From the NCBI GenBank assembly GCA_964035545.1, contig OZ037772.1:11344818-11408817 (forward strand): 64,000 bases of DNA, read 5' to 3'. The position numbers and the translations under genes are program-made. The notes under the pieces were generated by a model. It did not search any database, had not been told where the DNA came from, and saw nothing but the letters and a program-made list of their open reading frames with translations. Source of the stretch: Bugula neritina (lineage: Eukaryota; Animalia; Bryozoa). Shown one piece after another: positions 20,090 through 37,997 of the stretch (position 1 is the first letter of the stretch; each line of letters begins with the position of its first letter).

Positions 20090-23000
20090 CTACGACGGCG
20101 AGAATGATGACACCGTTGATGTATTGGATGATGCTGAATGGGTGGCGAGTGTTGCTATAGAAACTGTATCCATAGCAACTGTCACCATGGCGTTGCTAGG
20201 CACTAACAGACTCTCACTAGAGTTGAAGCTTGTTGACAGATGTTGTTCTATGGGAACTCTGTGTAAAAAATTATAACACAATATTATTTAAAAGAACACA
20301 AAAATTGTGTAGCTGTGAAGCTCTATTTTACTAGACAATTTATACACTTATAATTATTCCACTATTAAACACCTACTTCATTTTTTTAGTATAATAATTA
20401 TTTCCTTTACCTATCAAACTTTTGAAAAAGATAATTGCATGATTTGGAAGTGGGAGCAAATCAATAAGCATAGGTGTATAAAACATAAAGACTAGCCATA
20501 TTTTGTTGTTTGCGTGAAATTTTTGCTAGCTGATTGTTCGAATATCTAATCAACGTGGACAGGCCTTTACTTATTAAATCATTGAATAAATATTATTATA
20601 TTATTATTTATAAATATTTTTTAATCAGTATATAAATACTACTCTACTAATTTCATCAGAGTAGGGTAATTTCGCTTTAGCATATCATACTTTGTCACAA
20701 CATTATCAATAAAATGTCATTGAGTACAACCCGTTACGATCATTGCCAGCATAAGAAACAGATATCAGTGGCAGCATGAGTCATACCTCTTCTGGTCATC
20801 TTGTGACTCGGTGTCGCTGGTGAGGTCATCGTTAGAGTTGGCGTCCTCATCGTTGAGTATCGACTGGTCCATTCCTCCGTCACCATTCACACTACCGTCA
20901 CCACGGCTCTCTCCGCAGATATCACTTTGACCTCTTCTGAACTTGGCTCTTGCATTTTGAAACCACACCTTAACAAGTCATTGAGAAAATGTTGTTGAGT
21001 CATGCTCATATATTTCATTATAGTGTGATGTCTAACCATAATCAGGCATATCATAGATTGTAAATGTATAAAACATTCTGAGGAAATTAAATATCAAATC
21101 CTCTGCATCATAGGTAAAAAAGTCTTCTTTATATATAATAATGTTTAGCTTACAATATCAATTGCATACATACAAGACTCTATTCATTAGGAGTTGTGCT
21201 CCTTTAATAAAATACTTGCTACTTAAAAACTATCAAATGAAAATCTTACCTGCAGAACTCGTTTGCTTAGCCCCGTCTTCTGTGAGAGTTGTTTAAGATC
21301 TTTGGCATCGGGATTGTGGTTGGCGGTGAAGTACGCCTTCATTACGTTGAGTTGGTGATGTTTAAATGACGTCCTCATTCTCTTTTGCTTGACTTGCTGT
21401 AGATGTGTGTGATTTGCTGTAGAACTCAATGACTGATGATAGCCTGGGGTACTCAAGGAATCTGTATCCAACATTGTCATTCCTGCATTATAATAATAGC
21501 CTTAGTTCTAATCTATCATATTTCTTTTATGTAGACTATACAACAATTTTTAAGAAAATAATGTTATAAAGTTCTGTAAAATTTAACAGTAAATCTATCC
21601 CACACACTAACGTACTGAAAGAAATGATATAATATGGTAAACGCCTAAAACGCGGGCAAGAGTTTCTAGGAATTACATAACAAGTATATGAAACATCAAT
21701 ATAACTGTCAGAAACCAGAACTGTTAATTACGCAAGAAAAACAACGTAGGTCACATAAACATAGCCTCTAGTGCATCTGACTGTTATGTAGAGAATCATA
21801 CCTATGTGTGGCCAAGTGCTTTCTTCATTTCCTGTCGTCGAATTGAAAGAGTTATTGAGTTGTCTTCTCTTTTTTGACTTCTGAGGTTTGGTAACAGAAG
21901 ACTGAGTTTCCGCTGAGCTACCTAAAGGGTAAGTGATGTGAGGAAGGCGGGTGGTGTAGTCTACGAACCCCGAATCATCGTATTGAGTATTGTTAGAACT
22001 AAGGTTAGAGTCTAATGGTATGGCTGGTGTCAACTCGCCGATGCACTGACTAACGGCGAGGTTGCTAGAGATCGAGTTTAGAGAATCTGGGATGGCGGAG
22101 AGAGCAATGTTAGGATTTCTGTTGACAGTCTCGAGTGTGACTGGGGAGTGGAGAGCCTCGTATTGCAGTTGTTCAAAGTCTAATCTGCAAAATATTTTGT
22201 CATCACAGACTCCGAAATGGTCCCCGGTATGCAGACGGCAGTTGCAGACGTGACAAGTGAAGCATTGAACGTGAAAGACATTAGACTGAGCTCTCATCAC
22301 CATTTCCCCGGACTGGATGGGCTCATGGCATCGACAACACTTCTGCATCCCAAACTTTCTGCAATAACGTCATATAATCTTAGGCTATATAGTGGTCTAG
22401 AAAACACATTGGAAAAGTCTATAGCAGTGTAACAATACAGAAACAGTCGTGTTTAACAGCTGTGTAACATCAGGGGCTCTATTAATTCTGTCTGCAGTTG
22501 AAAGTTCACTACATAGACGGAACCCATGTTGCTTATTTGCTAAAAAATTTTAAATTCAACAATTTATTACCAACAAAAAGTTTCTGTCAAAACGGTCAAA
22601 AGCCTGTTTGAAACTTTCTAAAAACGACTTTTTTACAAAATAACAAAATATGCTATTGACATTGTATTAATAATTGGTTACTGTGTTAATACAACAGATA
22701 GCCCCACAAAAAGGTTGATTTGTCTTTCTATTGTATTACAATAAAATTAAACCATATGTGTAGACAACTCTAAACCATTAGCATCATATTTAATAACATG
22801 TTTGCATTCTAATTACTCCCACATTACTTGGCCTTTTTAGATACTAACAGGCTTTAAAGAGGTTTTATTAAAATGGAAACTAATAACAAAAGAAAAACTG
22901 AAATACTAACAGGAAGTAGTCTTTCTTGCAGTAGATCCGAGAGTCCTTGACATAGCAAGAGCCTTCAGTCTCCAGCAGCTTTGAGCAGATGTAGCACTTG

Positions 23001-26000
23001 AGGCAGGAGTCATGCCACTTCCTGTCCAGGGCAAACAGGAAGTACTTTTCACTGATGTCTTCGCCACACCCTGCACATCCTCTCTCATCAATCATGGACA
23101 GGAGTGGACTGCTGAAGAAGTTCTGTAACAGGAAACAACTCTGATTAAAAGCCTGTTGTATGCTGATGTCAAAGTTCAAGGTTGACTGAAGGTCAGCAGG
23201 TGCTCTGGAATCTTAAAAAAGTTAGAAAGAATAAATGAAGTTTGAATATTTTCAAAAAAATCCATTTGAGCTTATTTATATGCCTAAATACTTGGAAACT
23301 GAGGAAAACAAAGTAGTATATGCAGTTTTAACTGCACAGTTATTTATAAAGTACTTGAATACTTTAATAGTACTTGAGTAGTACTTGGTTACCCCATATT
23401 TTATTGGAAGATGACAAGGTTTAAATTCGAGGTATATGGTATGAAAACCATGCAATAACTAACTGGTAATCAACATTGTAAACGGAGTTGTCCCACTCCA
23501 ACTAATAATCTACATGTTTTCCACATCCATTTATGCAATTCTCTGCAATATTTATGCTACTCCATCTTCTAGATTCTAGAACATACTCTCTAGATACTAA
23601 CAATGTACTTAATGTTGTGGCCAGATTCAAGAGCTATTTGAGATCACATAGATTTTTCATCTAAGAATTCAACATTATAATAGTCATCCATTATATCCAG
23701 CATAAAAACCAAACAAAATAAGGCAATTATACTATCAGTATAACATGACAAAGCAAGATATTACAAGCACCTGATGTGCTATGTCAGCTCAGGGGACTAT
23801 CAAGTGCTTATAGTAAATCTACATGTTAGCCGCCCCTCATCTTGAGAGTGACAGGTCTGACAGGCATGTGACTCAAGAGAGTGACACACAGGGCAAGTTA
23901 TCGACAGGTTGTCGTGTAGTCAGTCTCTAATCTAATATAGATATCAATCACAGTAGCGGGTTTGGCAGCTAAATGAGAACTGATTTAGGAATTCTGTTCA
24001 ACCTCTAGCTGTATACTTATTTCAAAGTTGTGCAAAAGTTGAAACTAACTTCACGCTTGAGTGGATTTACCCATACACAATAAACCGCATGTGGTGATCC
24101 ACACGGCCAGAATTTCATAATTTTAACCAAGTACTGTATTCCCTACTCATTCCTATGAATGCTAACCTACTCAATAAAAATAGCAAAGAAGATATAGAAT
24201 AGTAGAGTAATACTAAACTGTAAAGCAATAAACATTTGATGGGCATTGCAGGATGTTGTGTAGCCATTTCAGCTATCAATGAATGCTCTAGTATTACGGG
24301 ACTCCAGCATTGCCCCTGAAAAGGATGCTGTATTATTCAAAGAACTTGGACTACCAACTGGCATATATGATTCATGCTATAACAGAACAAAGCAAAGGAG
24401 CGGCAGCAACAGCAACAGCAATAACCTTGCATTATCTAAGATATTACATTATTCTCTGTGAGGAAACAGCATAGGGATGGGTGCTGCCGAATACAATATC
24501 AGATATTTGTCTAGTTTAGAGTTCACTACAACACACAACTGATGATATAAATAGATGTACATACTCCCTTACATTTAGAGAACAAATTGGTTCAACACTC
24601 TTATAGCTCCAAAGTGCAAAAATTTTGTATATTAAGCTTGTGATTGAAGATTTAAAATTTAAAAATAAATCTAATTGATTTTGTGTTCAAAAGGAAATTC
24701 TAATACTTTTGACATAACTTCTTATCTCTTACATACACGATGTGTCATACTGGAGTCCAGGCATAGGGGGAGTGGGGGGGGGGAGCGCCCCTTCCCATTC
24801 CTTTAGTAGATTAGATAGTTTATTTGCTCAGTCACTAGTCAATGTACAGTTTAACTATTGTCAGGTAACAATAGCACATTAAACAATACTCTACATCCTA
24901 TTGCAGTGCCAGTACACAATCACAAAGCTACGGGTACTTAAACATTGATCTCCACACCTGCCCATTGTCTTATAGATATATTAACCATTGATATCCAATA
25001 TTGTATCATTAGCCATTGATTTCTCTTTGTAGATACTCATTCGATCAGAGCTCATTGCTTTCATTACTCATTGATTAACTGCTCTGATAATTTGTATACA
25101 CCCAATGTTATATAATATTAATTTTATTAGTATTCAATACACTAATTCTTGCCTAGCAAGAAAATAATCAGGCTTCAAATCTCTTTTACACTTCAGCCTT
25201 ATCAGAGAATTAAAGGCTAAATAATATAATCTACACCAGTTGCATAATATGGCTATGGGTATTAAATAACTTATAAATTTCATAATTTTAAGCATTTTAA
25301 ATTATAGTCAAACTACTCATAATTAATAAAAGATAGTTATAGCTAATAAATATTCTATTTTGTTTTTTTTTAAACTTTACTTCTTTGTTTTATATTAATT
25401 TTTAAAAACTTTGGGCATGATAGTAAAATGCATTTTCAACAATAAATTAGACACAATGTATTGCAAACAGCCACATGTAGCAAACATACTCTAATCTTTA
25501 TAACTTTTATCAACATCATTCAAACTTTAGAATACTTATAAAACCCCTCACCAAGTGTGAAACACTGTGTGCACCCTGAGGGCAGCTTGGATGGTTTTTT
25601 ATGCATGGAAGCTGTTGAAAAAATGACAGGACTTTATATTAGGTTTTCTTTTTATTTCATTTTCAATTAAAAACTAAAGAATTATATTTTAAACCTGCAG
25701 TTTTTGTCATTCAGAAAACTCAAACTAAAAAATTCCCCCTCAGCTTTTGAATTTTTAAAACTGGGAGTTGTTTATTTATATATTGGAAATCAATTATCTA
25801 TTTACTCGGTAAACTTATGATAAAATTCAGACAAGTTCTACAATTGTTATAGGTTTACAAATCATTTGTTTCAGAAACTGCAATATCTAGCAATAAGCTA
25901 TAGCATATGTTGAAATTTTAGATATGCCAATTTAAAAAGCTATTTCCAAGTTTGCCATTTGTTTCTATGCGTATCACAATGTATTTCAGAAATATTTGAA

Positions 26001-29000
26001 ATACAAGCTTTGGGAGAGGTTACACAAGCGTCTATTATATCAATTCAATTCATAAGAAGTATTTCACCAGCTTATTTTTTATGCTCTATGAAGTATTTAA
26101 AATCGTTTGAGTTATGCGTGTAATCCTAGCTTCTAACGTCTGCATACAGCTCATGTTTGAAATTCAGTTGAGAGAATTTGAACAGAAGTTTGTGAATAGT
26201 GAAACTAACGGCTGGTGGAATGATAAGAATACAAACTAATGTTAGTAGTGGGCTGTTTCAGGTAAGTATAGTAGGTATATTTTAGGTGTTCTTAGGATAT
26301 GTAATACTGAGTGGTATTAGATGTTTACTAGGTGGACACTAGGTGAATACTATAGGTTGATACTAGGTGAATACTAGGTGAATATACCATAAGGTAGGTA
26401 GTAGGTACCAGGTGGATGCTAAGTGTTACTAGGCAGATATAACTTCTACTAGTAGGTATTAGGTATTACGTATTTGGTTTTAGCTTTGTCTATACAGTAA
26501 AGTAAGAATCCAATGTAACTTAGAAAATTAGTCTGAGAGTATAATGTACTTCATTGGCCAAGTAAGGGGCCCATGTATGTCGCACCTTATAAAAATGCTA
26601 TAAAATCATGAGTAGTGGCTGCATGTATGATTGACTGAAAACTACAATCTCTTTACTGTAAAGTCAACAGAATACACTAGTGAACTGTTTTTATACAAAC
26701 CAGAATAGGCCTACTAGGTCTAAAAAGCCTTCAATTTTAAAACTTATTTTTCACTTTTCAAACAGAAAGAAAGTTGCTAGCTGGAATTTTAAAAGTTGAA
26801 TACAACCATGCTTGGGGTAAAAGAGACAGTTAGTGAATTGGCAACTGACAAACTGGCAGCATTATGGCAGCGAGGGCCGGCAGCTGATCAGTTACTAATA
26901 CTGCTAATACAAGCCACTTAATCCTTGGTTAACTTTGTAATCAAGTGGCCATTGATCCTCAATAACATTTCCTAATCTGATGAGTAAACACCTAGCGTGT
27001 GTGTTTAGTGTAATACTGTGGTGTGAAATACGTCTGAATCCACTCAGCCTACCATCTTAGAATCTTGAAAGGAACTGTTATTTCATTTACCATTTCGTGT
27101 GCTCAAGCACTGAACCAACCCGAGAAATGTTATGAACTTTTCAACTACAAAAAGATATGCATAAAAGCACTGGAACCAATAATTGCTTAAAAACCACTGA
27201 ATTATCTTCTTGCTGACAACAATACTGTAAGAATCAAGTAGGCTGCCAAACCCTATATCTAAAAATAGAATCAGTTTTGATGTTCATTTTAAAAAGTAAC
27301 CACATCAGAGGCTGGTTATAGGAACAACAGACAACGATGCCGTGAGTGGGTGAGTCTAGTGAAGAGTCATCAGGTAAAGTCAGCATCTGCTAGAGTGCCC
27401 TGAGTCAGCTGTCCCGGCAGCAAGTAACAAAGTGTGCCATCAATCAACTATAGATCAACATTTACTAACATTAGACTATCAATATACCATCAACTCTTCC
27501 ATTACAATCTCTTAAAGCCACACAAACACTAACTGCCACTCTTTTACTCTTTACTAACTGCTTTAAGATCACTGGATGTTAGTAAATGTTATACTCTGAT
27601 GGAAAGCAGATAGTCTGCTTCTTTATGATATTTTAAGAGGCAGCTCATGCGGCCTAGGTTTATTAAGTGCAACAGGCTGCCTTCCACATTCTCTACTAGC
27701 ACTGTGTGTCTATTGCTACTGCTTCCAGCCGAATGAAAAATCTAATGCATAATATTCGAAGCTTGGAAATGTAGTGTGTAAGAGTAGCACCCAGTACTAC
27801 TCTACTGCAGTACTTGAACTAACACAATAGTCACAGTAGTACTAAAGGCTCACTAGTGTCTTCATTCCTATCATTATCTTCTTACTACTGCATCACTATC
27901 ACTATTTGCAGTATAGATATACACTACAAACACTAGAACTATTGTTACAGTTGAAAATTCATACTAATATAACTTCTACTAAGAGTGTAATACAACTACA
28001 ACTAATAGTACTAGCATTACTGGTACTAATGACTCTGACTAATAGTACAAGACAACTATAACTAGTAGCACTGGTACTAATCGTATTTATATGACTATAA
28101 CTAGTAGTACTGGTACTAATCGTACTTATATGACTATAACGGCTATTACTTATATAGTGTGACTAATAGTATACTGACACTTGACTAATTTTAAGGATAC
28201 AAATGCTATAATAAATAGTACTGATTCAAACGTGACTAATAACATTGGCATAACTTTGACTAGTAGTACTGATATAACTGCTACTAATAGTACAAGATAA
28301 CTATAACTAATAGTGTTGACACTACTGCTACTAATATAGTACTGCTATATACCTTACACCCCCTCACACCGGCACTTGAGGCAAGTGGCTTCGTTCAGAG
28401 AGATCACCTCTCGAGATCACCTCACGCCGGTGCTTTTAGCTAGCAGCGATTGGTCTCTTTATACTTCATACCAGAAAAGTCACTTTCAATACTAATCTTG
28501 GCTTGTCAACAGTAAAATCCACATTGCTATTCTTGCCGGTTGAGAAAATTCAAAAATATATTAGCCAGCGTGGCACCGGCCAGCCCAACTGAATCTGCGG
28601 AGCTAAAGGTAGGGACCACGGGCTAACCTCTGCAGACATGTGTAGGTGTGAATCTATGAACTTGAAAACAAAGAGATGGCACTTGGCCATTTCCTGTTTG
28701 GTGTGATGATGGAGCAGGAAGAAGGAGATAGAGGTGACTTCCTGTCATGTGACTCAATGGTTACAACTTTTCAATGACAAACTAAACAATGTATATAAAT
28801 AGTTTTAGCAGAAAATCTTTTTCTTTGTTAAAGCTCGAATGTCCCATGATAAGTTTATTATAATATAATATAAAGTTTATAATGGTTATTCCTGTGAAAA
28901 ACCACTATACAGAAAAGGTTAATTTTAAAGTGAGCTCAGGACTTATTCACAGGCGGCACAGGAGCAATTATGACTGGATGCTCTTCCTAACGTCACCAAT

Positions 29001-30134
29001 GGCCTTTACTGGGAGTTGAACCCATGACTACGCCACTACTCAAACCCCTAACCCTTAGACCACGGCTGCTCCCTAATATTCCATAATGCTAAGTGAAAAT
29101 GACCAATGTAAAAATATCCTATCATATCCGAATGAGTTATGCAAAATCCCTATGCTTATGTAATGTTACCTTTACATGTGTGTAAAGTATAGCAGTGAGA
29201 AAACAAAGGAAGTTATGTGTTACAGGTGCTGACCAATGCTGCCTGCTGCCGCTGCTGATTTTAGCATTTGATGTCTGAAACCAGAGAGGAACGAACTGGA
29301 TCCAGCTGTCAAATGTTATAATACAGACTTGCTCAACCTTAGCCTGTGCTCCTACATCTCTGTTAGCATCAACTACACATACTGATGATGTCTAAAGTGA
29401 ACTCAGAGGCTACTACATGTACTGCCTGCTGTAGCACTCCTCGTGCTGTGATTAACATAGAATAATAATTAATTAAAACCATAACTTCTTGTCGAACATC
29501 ATTTTTCAACTTTTTGTTAGAAATTTCTCTTTCTTAGAAAAATTAACTTTACCACATTTATTATTTTGTGCTTTTAATTTATTTAACTCTCCTAGATAAC
29601 CTTAAATGTTTCGTGATAGACTTAATTCTCTAACATTAATGCTCCTAAGTTAGGAGGGCCTCAGCGCTGTTTCACAAGTCAACAGTTTTTCAAAGAATAA
29701 GAAGACTTATGTTTTATGTTTTACTGTGTATCAGTTTTAGTATAATTCAGACCTACAAAATCCTTTTCTATTATCTAAGAAAGCTATAGTGGTTATACTT
29801 ATAGTATTCACCAAGTTTAATATTTAGTAAATACAACATAACTATGAAACTGCATGTAGAATGTTTATAATTTCATAGTAGCGTACTAACATTATAGATA
29901 GTAATTTTGTCAGACCTTAAATTATCTCTTAGGATAAAAACTATGAGTTACTGTAAAACATACCTGAGTATCTGGAGAAACAAGATTTTGTGAAGAGATG
30001 TGGTTAGTGCCCGTATTTGAAGATATAGGAGTGACAGAGCTTAGTCTATAGTCAGTGTTAGCACTGAGTATACTATCCCTGAGAGGATTGGGTGCATCAC
30101 TAGACACAATGGTAGGCTCGCTATACTCCACCAT
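20090..30134 (-). CDS. Lhx2/9: LIM-homeobox protein Lhx2/9 (apterous group), ~507 aa
   Basis: Exons 30134-29964 (less certain), 23122-22911, 22358-21802, 21482-21250, 20968-20787, 20258-20090, all in phase. LIM1 CAGC...WHDSCLKCYIC...YCKKDY; LIM2 CCRC...VFHVQCFTCHVC...FCRLDF; homeodomain KRMRTSFKHHQLNVMKAYFTANHNPDAKDLKQLSQKTGLSKRVLQVWFQNARAKFRR, diagnostic of Lhx2/9. If the last intron is retained the ORF stops at 20765. Confidence 0.95.
20151..20257. promoter_or_regulatory. Cluster of RFX X-box-like motifs
   Basis: GTTGCTATAGAAAC (20151), GTATCCATAGCAAC (20166), GTCACCATGGCGTT (20181) at 15-bp spacing, plus GTTCTATGGGAAC (20245). Confidence 0.45.
28885..29073 (-). mobile_element. tRNA-derived SINE copy 3 (Lhx2/9 intron 1)
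   Basis: Reverse complement reads GGGAGCAGCCGTGGTCTAAGGGTT...GTCATGGGTTCAACTCCC...CCATTGGTGACGTTAGGAAGAGCATCCAGTCATAATTGCTCCTGTGCC. Confidence 0.85.
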
Positions 30135-30283
30135 AACTATCTCACTGCCTAGTCTTTGATAAAAGTTCACCTCTGCTGCTGCTGCCGCTGCTGCCAATTC
30201 TGTCTACTATTAGATATGTTGAGTGTAAAGGCATGTGTTTGCAAGGTGCACGATCCCATCATAATCTGCTTTATAAACAATGA

Positions 30284-30381
30284 GCCTATTGCTCGTCTGC
30301 CATTGGCTAATTGTAAAAGTCAAATAAACAGCAAAGTGTGCCTTTTGTCTTTGTTTGACAATGGGCAGATGAGCAACAGGC
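30284..30381. other. ~100-nt stem-loop upstream of the putative Lhx2/9 start
   Basis: GCCTATTGCTCGTCTGCCATTG pairs with CAATGGGCAGATGAGCAACAGGC; inner GTCAAATAAACAGCAAAG pairs with CTTTTGTCTTTGTTTGAC. Confidence 0.6.
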
Positions 30382-30916
30382 AGTCGAATTAGCCCGAACT
30401 ATATCATCACATTAGGGAGTATGAAGGAATGCCCTCATTGTCCTTGGAAATCGTCAGATCTAGGGCTAAACTCAAAGTTGTAAAATGGTCTACAGCAGCA
30501 ATAACTCAAGAGAGGTAAAGGTTACGAGTGCTGCCAGGTTACATGTGCTGCCTTACAATGTAATCCAGAGTGATGTGGGGGTAAACTGTTCTGCCTCTCT
30601 GAGAACAAAGAGTTGAGAACTGATTCAATTTTATATCCTGCAGTGTGCCAGCAATATTGCTTTAGCATATTATTATACGCGAGAAATGCTGCAAATTACA
30701 TAGCTATTATACACAGGCGTACTTCTCATAGCAGTACAGTTGTATGTTAGTGCTAATGTGTGTAATTGATAGCTTCAACTTGCAACAAGTGAACTTTTTA
30801 AGTCACTGTTTCCATTTCATGATGAAGAAAATAGCTAGCCCATTGGTCCATATGAGTAATTTAGGAAATATAAATGGGTCAAGTCATAATAGTAATAGCA
30901 ATGTATATTATTAGGT

Positions 30917-31295
30917 TTAGTAAGCTATAATGTAGTAAATATAGCAAGTATAGTATGTATTATAGCAAGTATATATACTAATAGTAAGTATATTAAACAG
31001 TATAGTAAGTATAGTAAGTGTATAGTAAGTATTATAGTAAGTGTAGTAAGTATAGTCTGTATTAGTAGGTATACAAATACAGTAGAGACAGCAATAGTAA
31101 GTACAGCAAGTACAGTAAGTATAGTAAGTATAGTATAGTAAGTATAGTAAATATAGCAAGTTTAGTAAGTAAGTATAGTAAGTATATTAATAGTAAGTGC
31201 AGTAAGTATACAATTGCAGTAGGTATATAATAATAGTAATTACAGCAGGTATAGTATGTATTATAGCAAGTATAGTAAGTATATAATATACTAAT
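30917..31295. repeat. Degenerate (AGTAAGTAT)n satellite
   Basis: Repeated tagtaagta/agtatagta 9-mers. Confidence 0.85.
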
Positions 31296-32271
31296 AGTGT
31301 GTGCTTGCTATTAATTTCGGATGTTTTAATGTGTATAATGTACAACTCAATATAGTAGTGACTAATAGCTGCTAATCCTTGCTTTAGTAACACTAAACTG
31401 ACTATGTTTACTTAACTTACAATTTTTTCTCTTAAAATCTAAAAGATGAGTCATATAGAAAGCTGTTTATTTTAGAATACAGATATGACTGTCATACATG
31501 GCAAAATGCCAGCTTTGTTTTTAAAAATAAAGCTGAGCAGGAGATACAAGCTTAGTTGCAGGTCATATGTCAAGGTCAAGGGTCATATTTCAAAATTTAA
31601 GGTCATATTCTGTGAGGTTAATTATTCTAAAAACTGATAATTCATATTAAACTACAGTTTGAATAGTCCAGCATGCCTTGAAGTCCAGGTGCATGGATTG
31701 GCATTGTGTATTTTTGCAAATTGGAGTTGTATCCTCATTTACAGTGGATACAATGACATGTGCATAAAGTTCCAGCCATGTTGCATATTATGTTATGTGG
31801 TTATAATATAAAAGTGGTGAAAGTTGTTGCTTCGCACAACATTAATTTTTAAAAACATGTACTTTAGAATATTTATGAAATATGTTATTTAACTAAACTC
31901 TGCACTTGCTCTAATATCAGAGTAGACTAAAAAGGCATGGTTTTGAAAAATATTTATTAAATTTCCTATCAATTAAATGGCTGTGCTCGCTATTGACAAG
32001 TAAAATGCAAGACTAGTATATTATGACGTAATTAATCAATAGTGAAACTCTAAGCTCCTTGGGGAAGGTATATTTTGGCAGTTGTCTTCTCCATGTTGCT
32101 CCACACTTGTTCATATTCCAAGTATGACAAGAGCTACTTCTTCATTGGCTAGTTTTTGCTCTGTTGAAGTTTATGAGTCATAAAATTAGTCAGCAAAATT
32201 TCAGCATAGCCTTAGGTATAGCTGTCATGTTTAGGCATAATTGCGGGTGGTTTGCTAGGCTCCCGAGTCGG

Positions 32272-36437
<4,166 letters not shown>

Positions 36438-36629
36438 GAGGAATATGATGTGAGCTAATTCAGAAGTTCATAATGGCTATTGTAGCACATACGGAGCACC
36501 TGCTATCCACCTGCACATGTGTTCATCCTTCAGTAGCAGACGTCCATGTGTCAGTCTATAACTTTATATGTCAACCGAAACATAGCAGGGTATTATGGTT
36601 CTACACTGCAAAGCACTATATGTTAATTG

Positions 36630-37240
36630 TTAACTACACTACACCACACTAAACTACACTACACTACACTACACTACACTACCCTACACCACACTACACT
36701 ACACTACACTACACTACACTACACTACACTACACTACACCACACCACACTACACTACACTACACTACACTACACTACACTACACTACACTACACTACTAC
36801 ACACTACATTATACTACACTACACTACACCACACCACACTACACTACACTACACTACACTACACTACACTACACTACACCACACCACACCACACCACACT
36901 ACACTACACTACACTACACTACACTACACTACACTACTACACACTACATTATACTACACTACACTACACTACACTACACTACACTACACTACACTACACT
37001 ACACTACACTACACTACACTACACTACACTACACTACACTACACTACACTACACTACACTACACTACACTACCCTACACCACACTACACTACACTACACT
37101 ACACTAAAATACAATACAATACACTACACTACACTACACTAAAATACAATACAATACACTACACTACAACACACTATACAATATACACCACACTACACTA
37201 TACATTGCACTACACTGCACTGCACGTTGCACTACACTAA
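36630..37240. repeat. (ACACT)n pentanucleotide satellite
   Basis: About 600 bp of actac/acact units; source of the HYTTL ORF. Confidence 0.95.
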
Positions 37241-37825
37241 GCAAATGATCAATGCATACATCAACTTACTGTTGATTCCTACATATGAGTCTTGATGGAG
37301 TTCAAACTTGCCAATATATTATATAAACAATAATAATTATAATATATGTTGTAATTAAAAAATATTTTTAAGTAACTTTTCCAGCTTTCAATATAATAAT
37401 AATTATTATTTTTTATGTAGTTTCATTGTTGAATATTTGAATGTATGGCATGCGTTACTGGGAGCTGTATTGTGACAAATCAATGCAGCCTAATAATACA
37501 TGGCTGATTGCAATAGTACTTCACAATACAATAAAAACAATGCAGAAGCTATTAGAGTTTTTTTTTGTATATACATATACTCATGCTATTATTTAATTAT
37601 AAAAAACAGTGCAACACTAAATTATACACAGCTAGTGCAAATGCATCATAATATTATAGGTAAATTATAAGGGATATATTATATTATACTTTTTGCATGC
37701 ATGCAGCATTTATTGATATATAAGATTTAATATGTTATACAAACAATATCCTGTTATTAGGGACACAATATTAATAAATTTAAGAATATTATTATATGAT
37801 ATTGGAGATATGTATCGTATATAGT

Positions 37826-37997
37826 ACAAAAGGTCCAAATCAGCTGCTAGAGTATACAAAGTTTTATTCTGCACAAGACCAATAATTGAAATGGGACAGA
37901 ATACTACTTGGTATAATGTCCCATTTCAATTATTGGTCTTGTGCAGAATAAAACTTTGTATATTCTAGCAGCTGATTTGGACCTTTTGTCACAACTG
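37826..37997. mobile_element. Near-perfect foldback MITE (73-bp arms, 18-nt loop) with a Tc1-like end
   Basis: Arms 37826-37898 and 37917-37989 differ by one mismatch. The right side extends to CACAACTG|TA (a CAGTTGTG terminus plus TA); the left terminus is partly deleted (TA|TAGT-ACAAAAGG). Confidence 0.75.

Noticed and set aside
36627-37142. 171-aa HYTTL-repeat ORF
   Set aside because: Translation of the (ACACT)n satellite.
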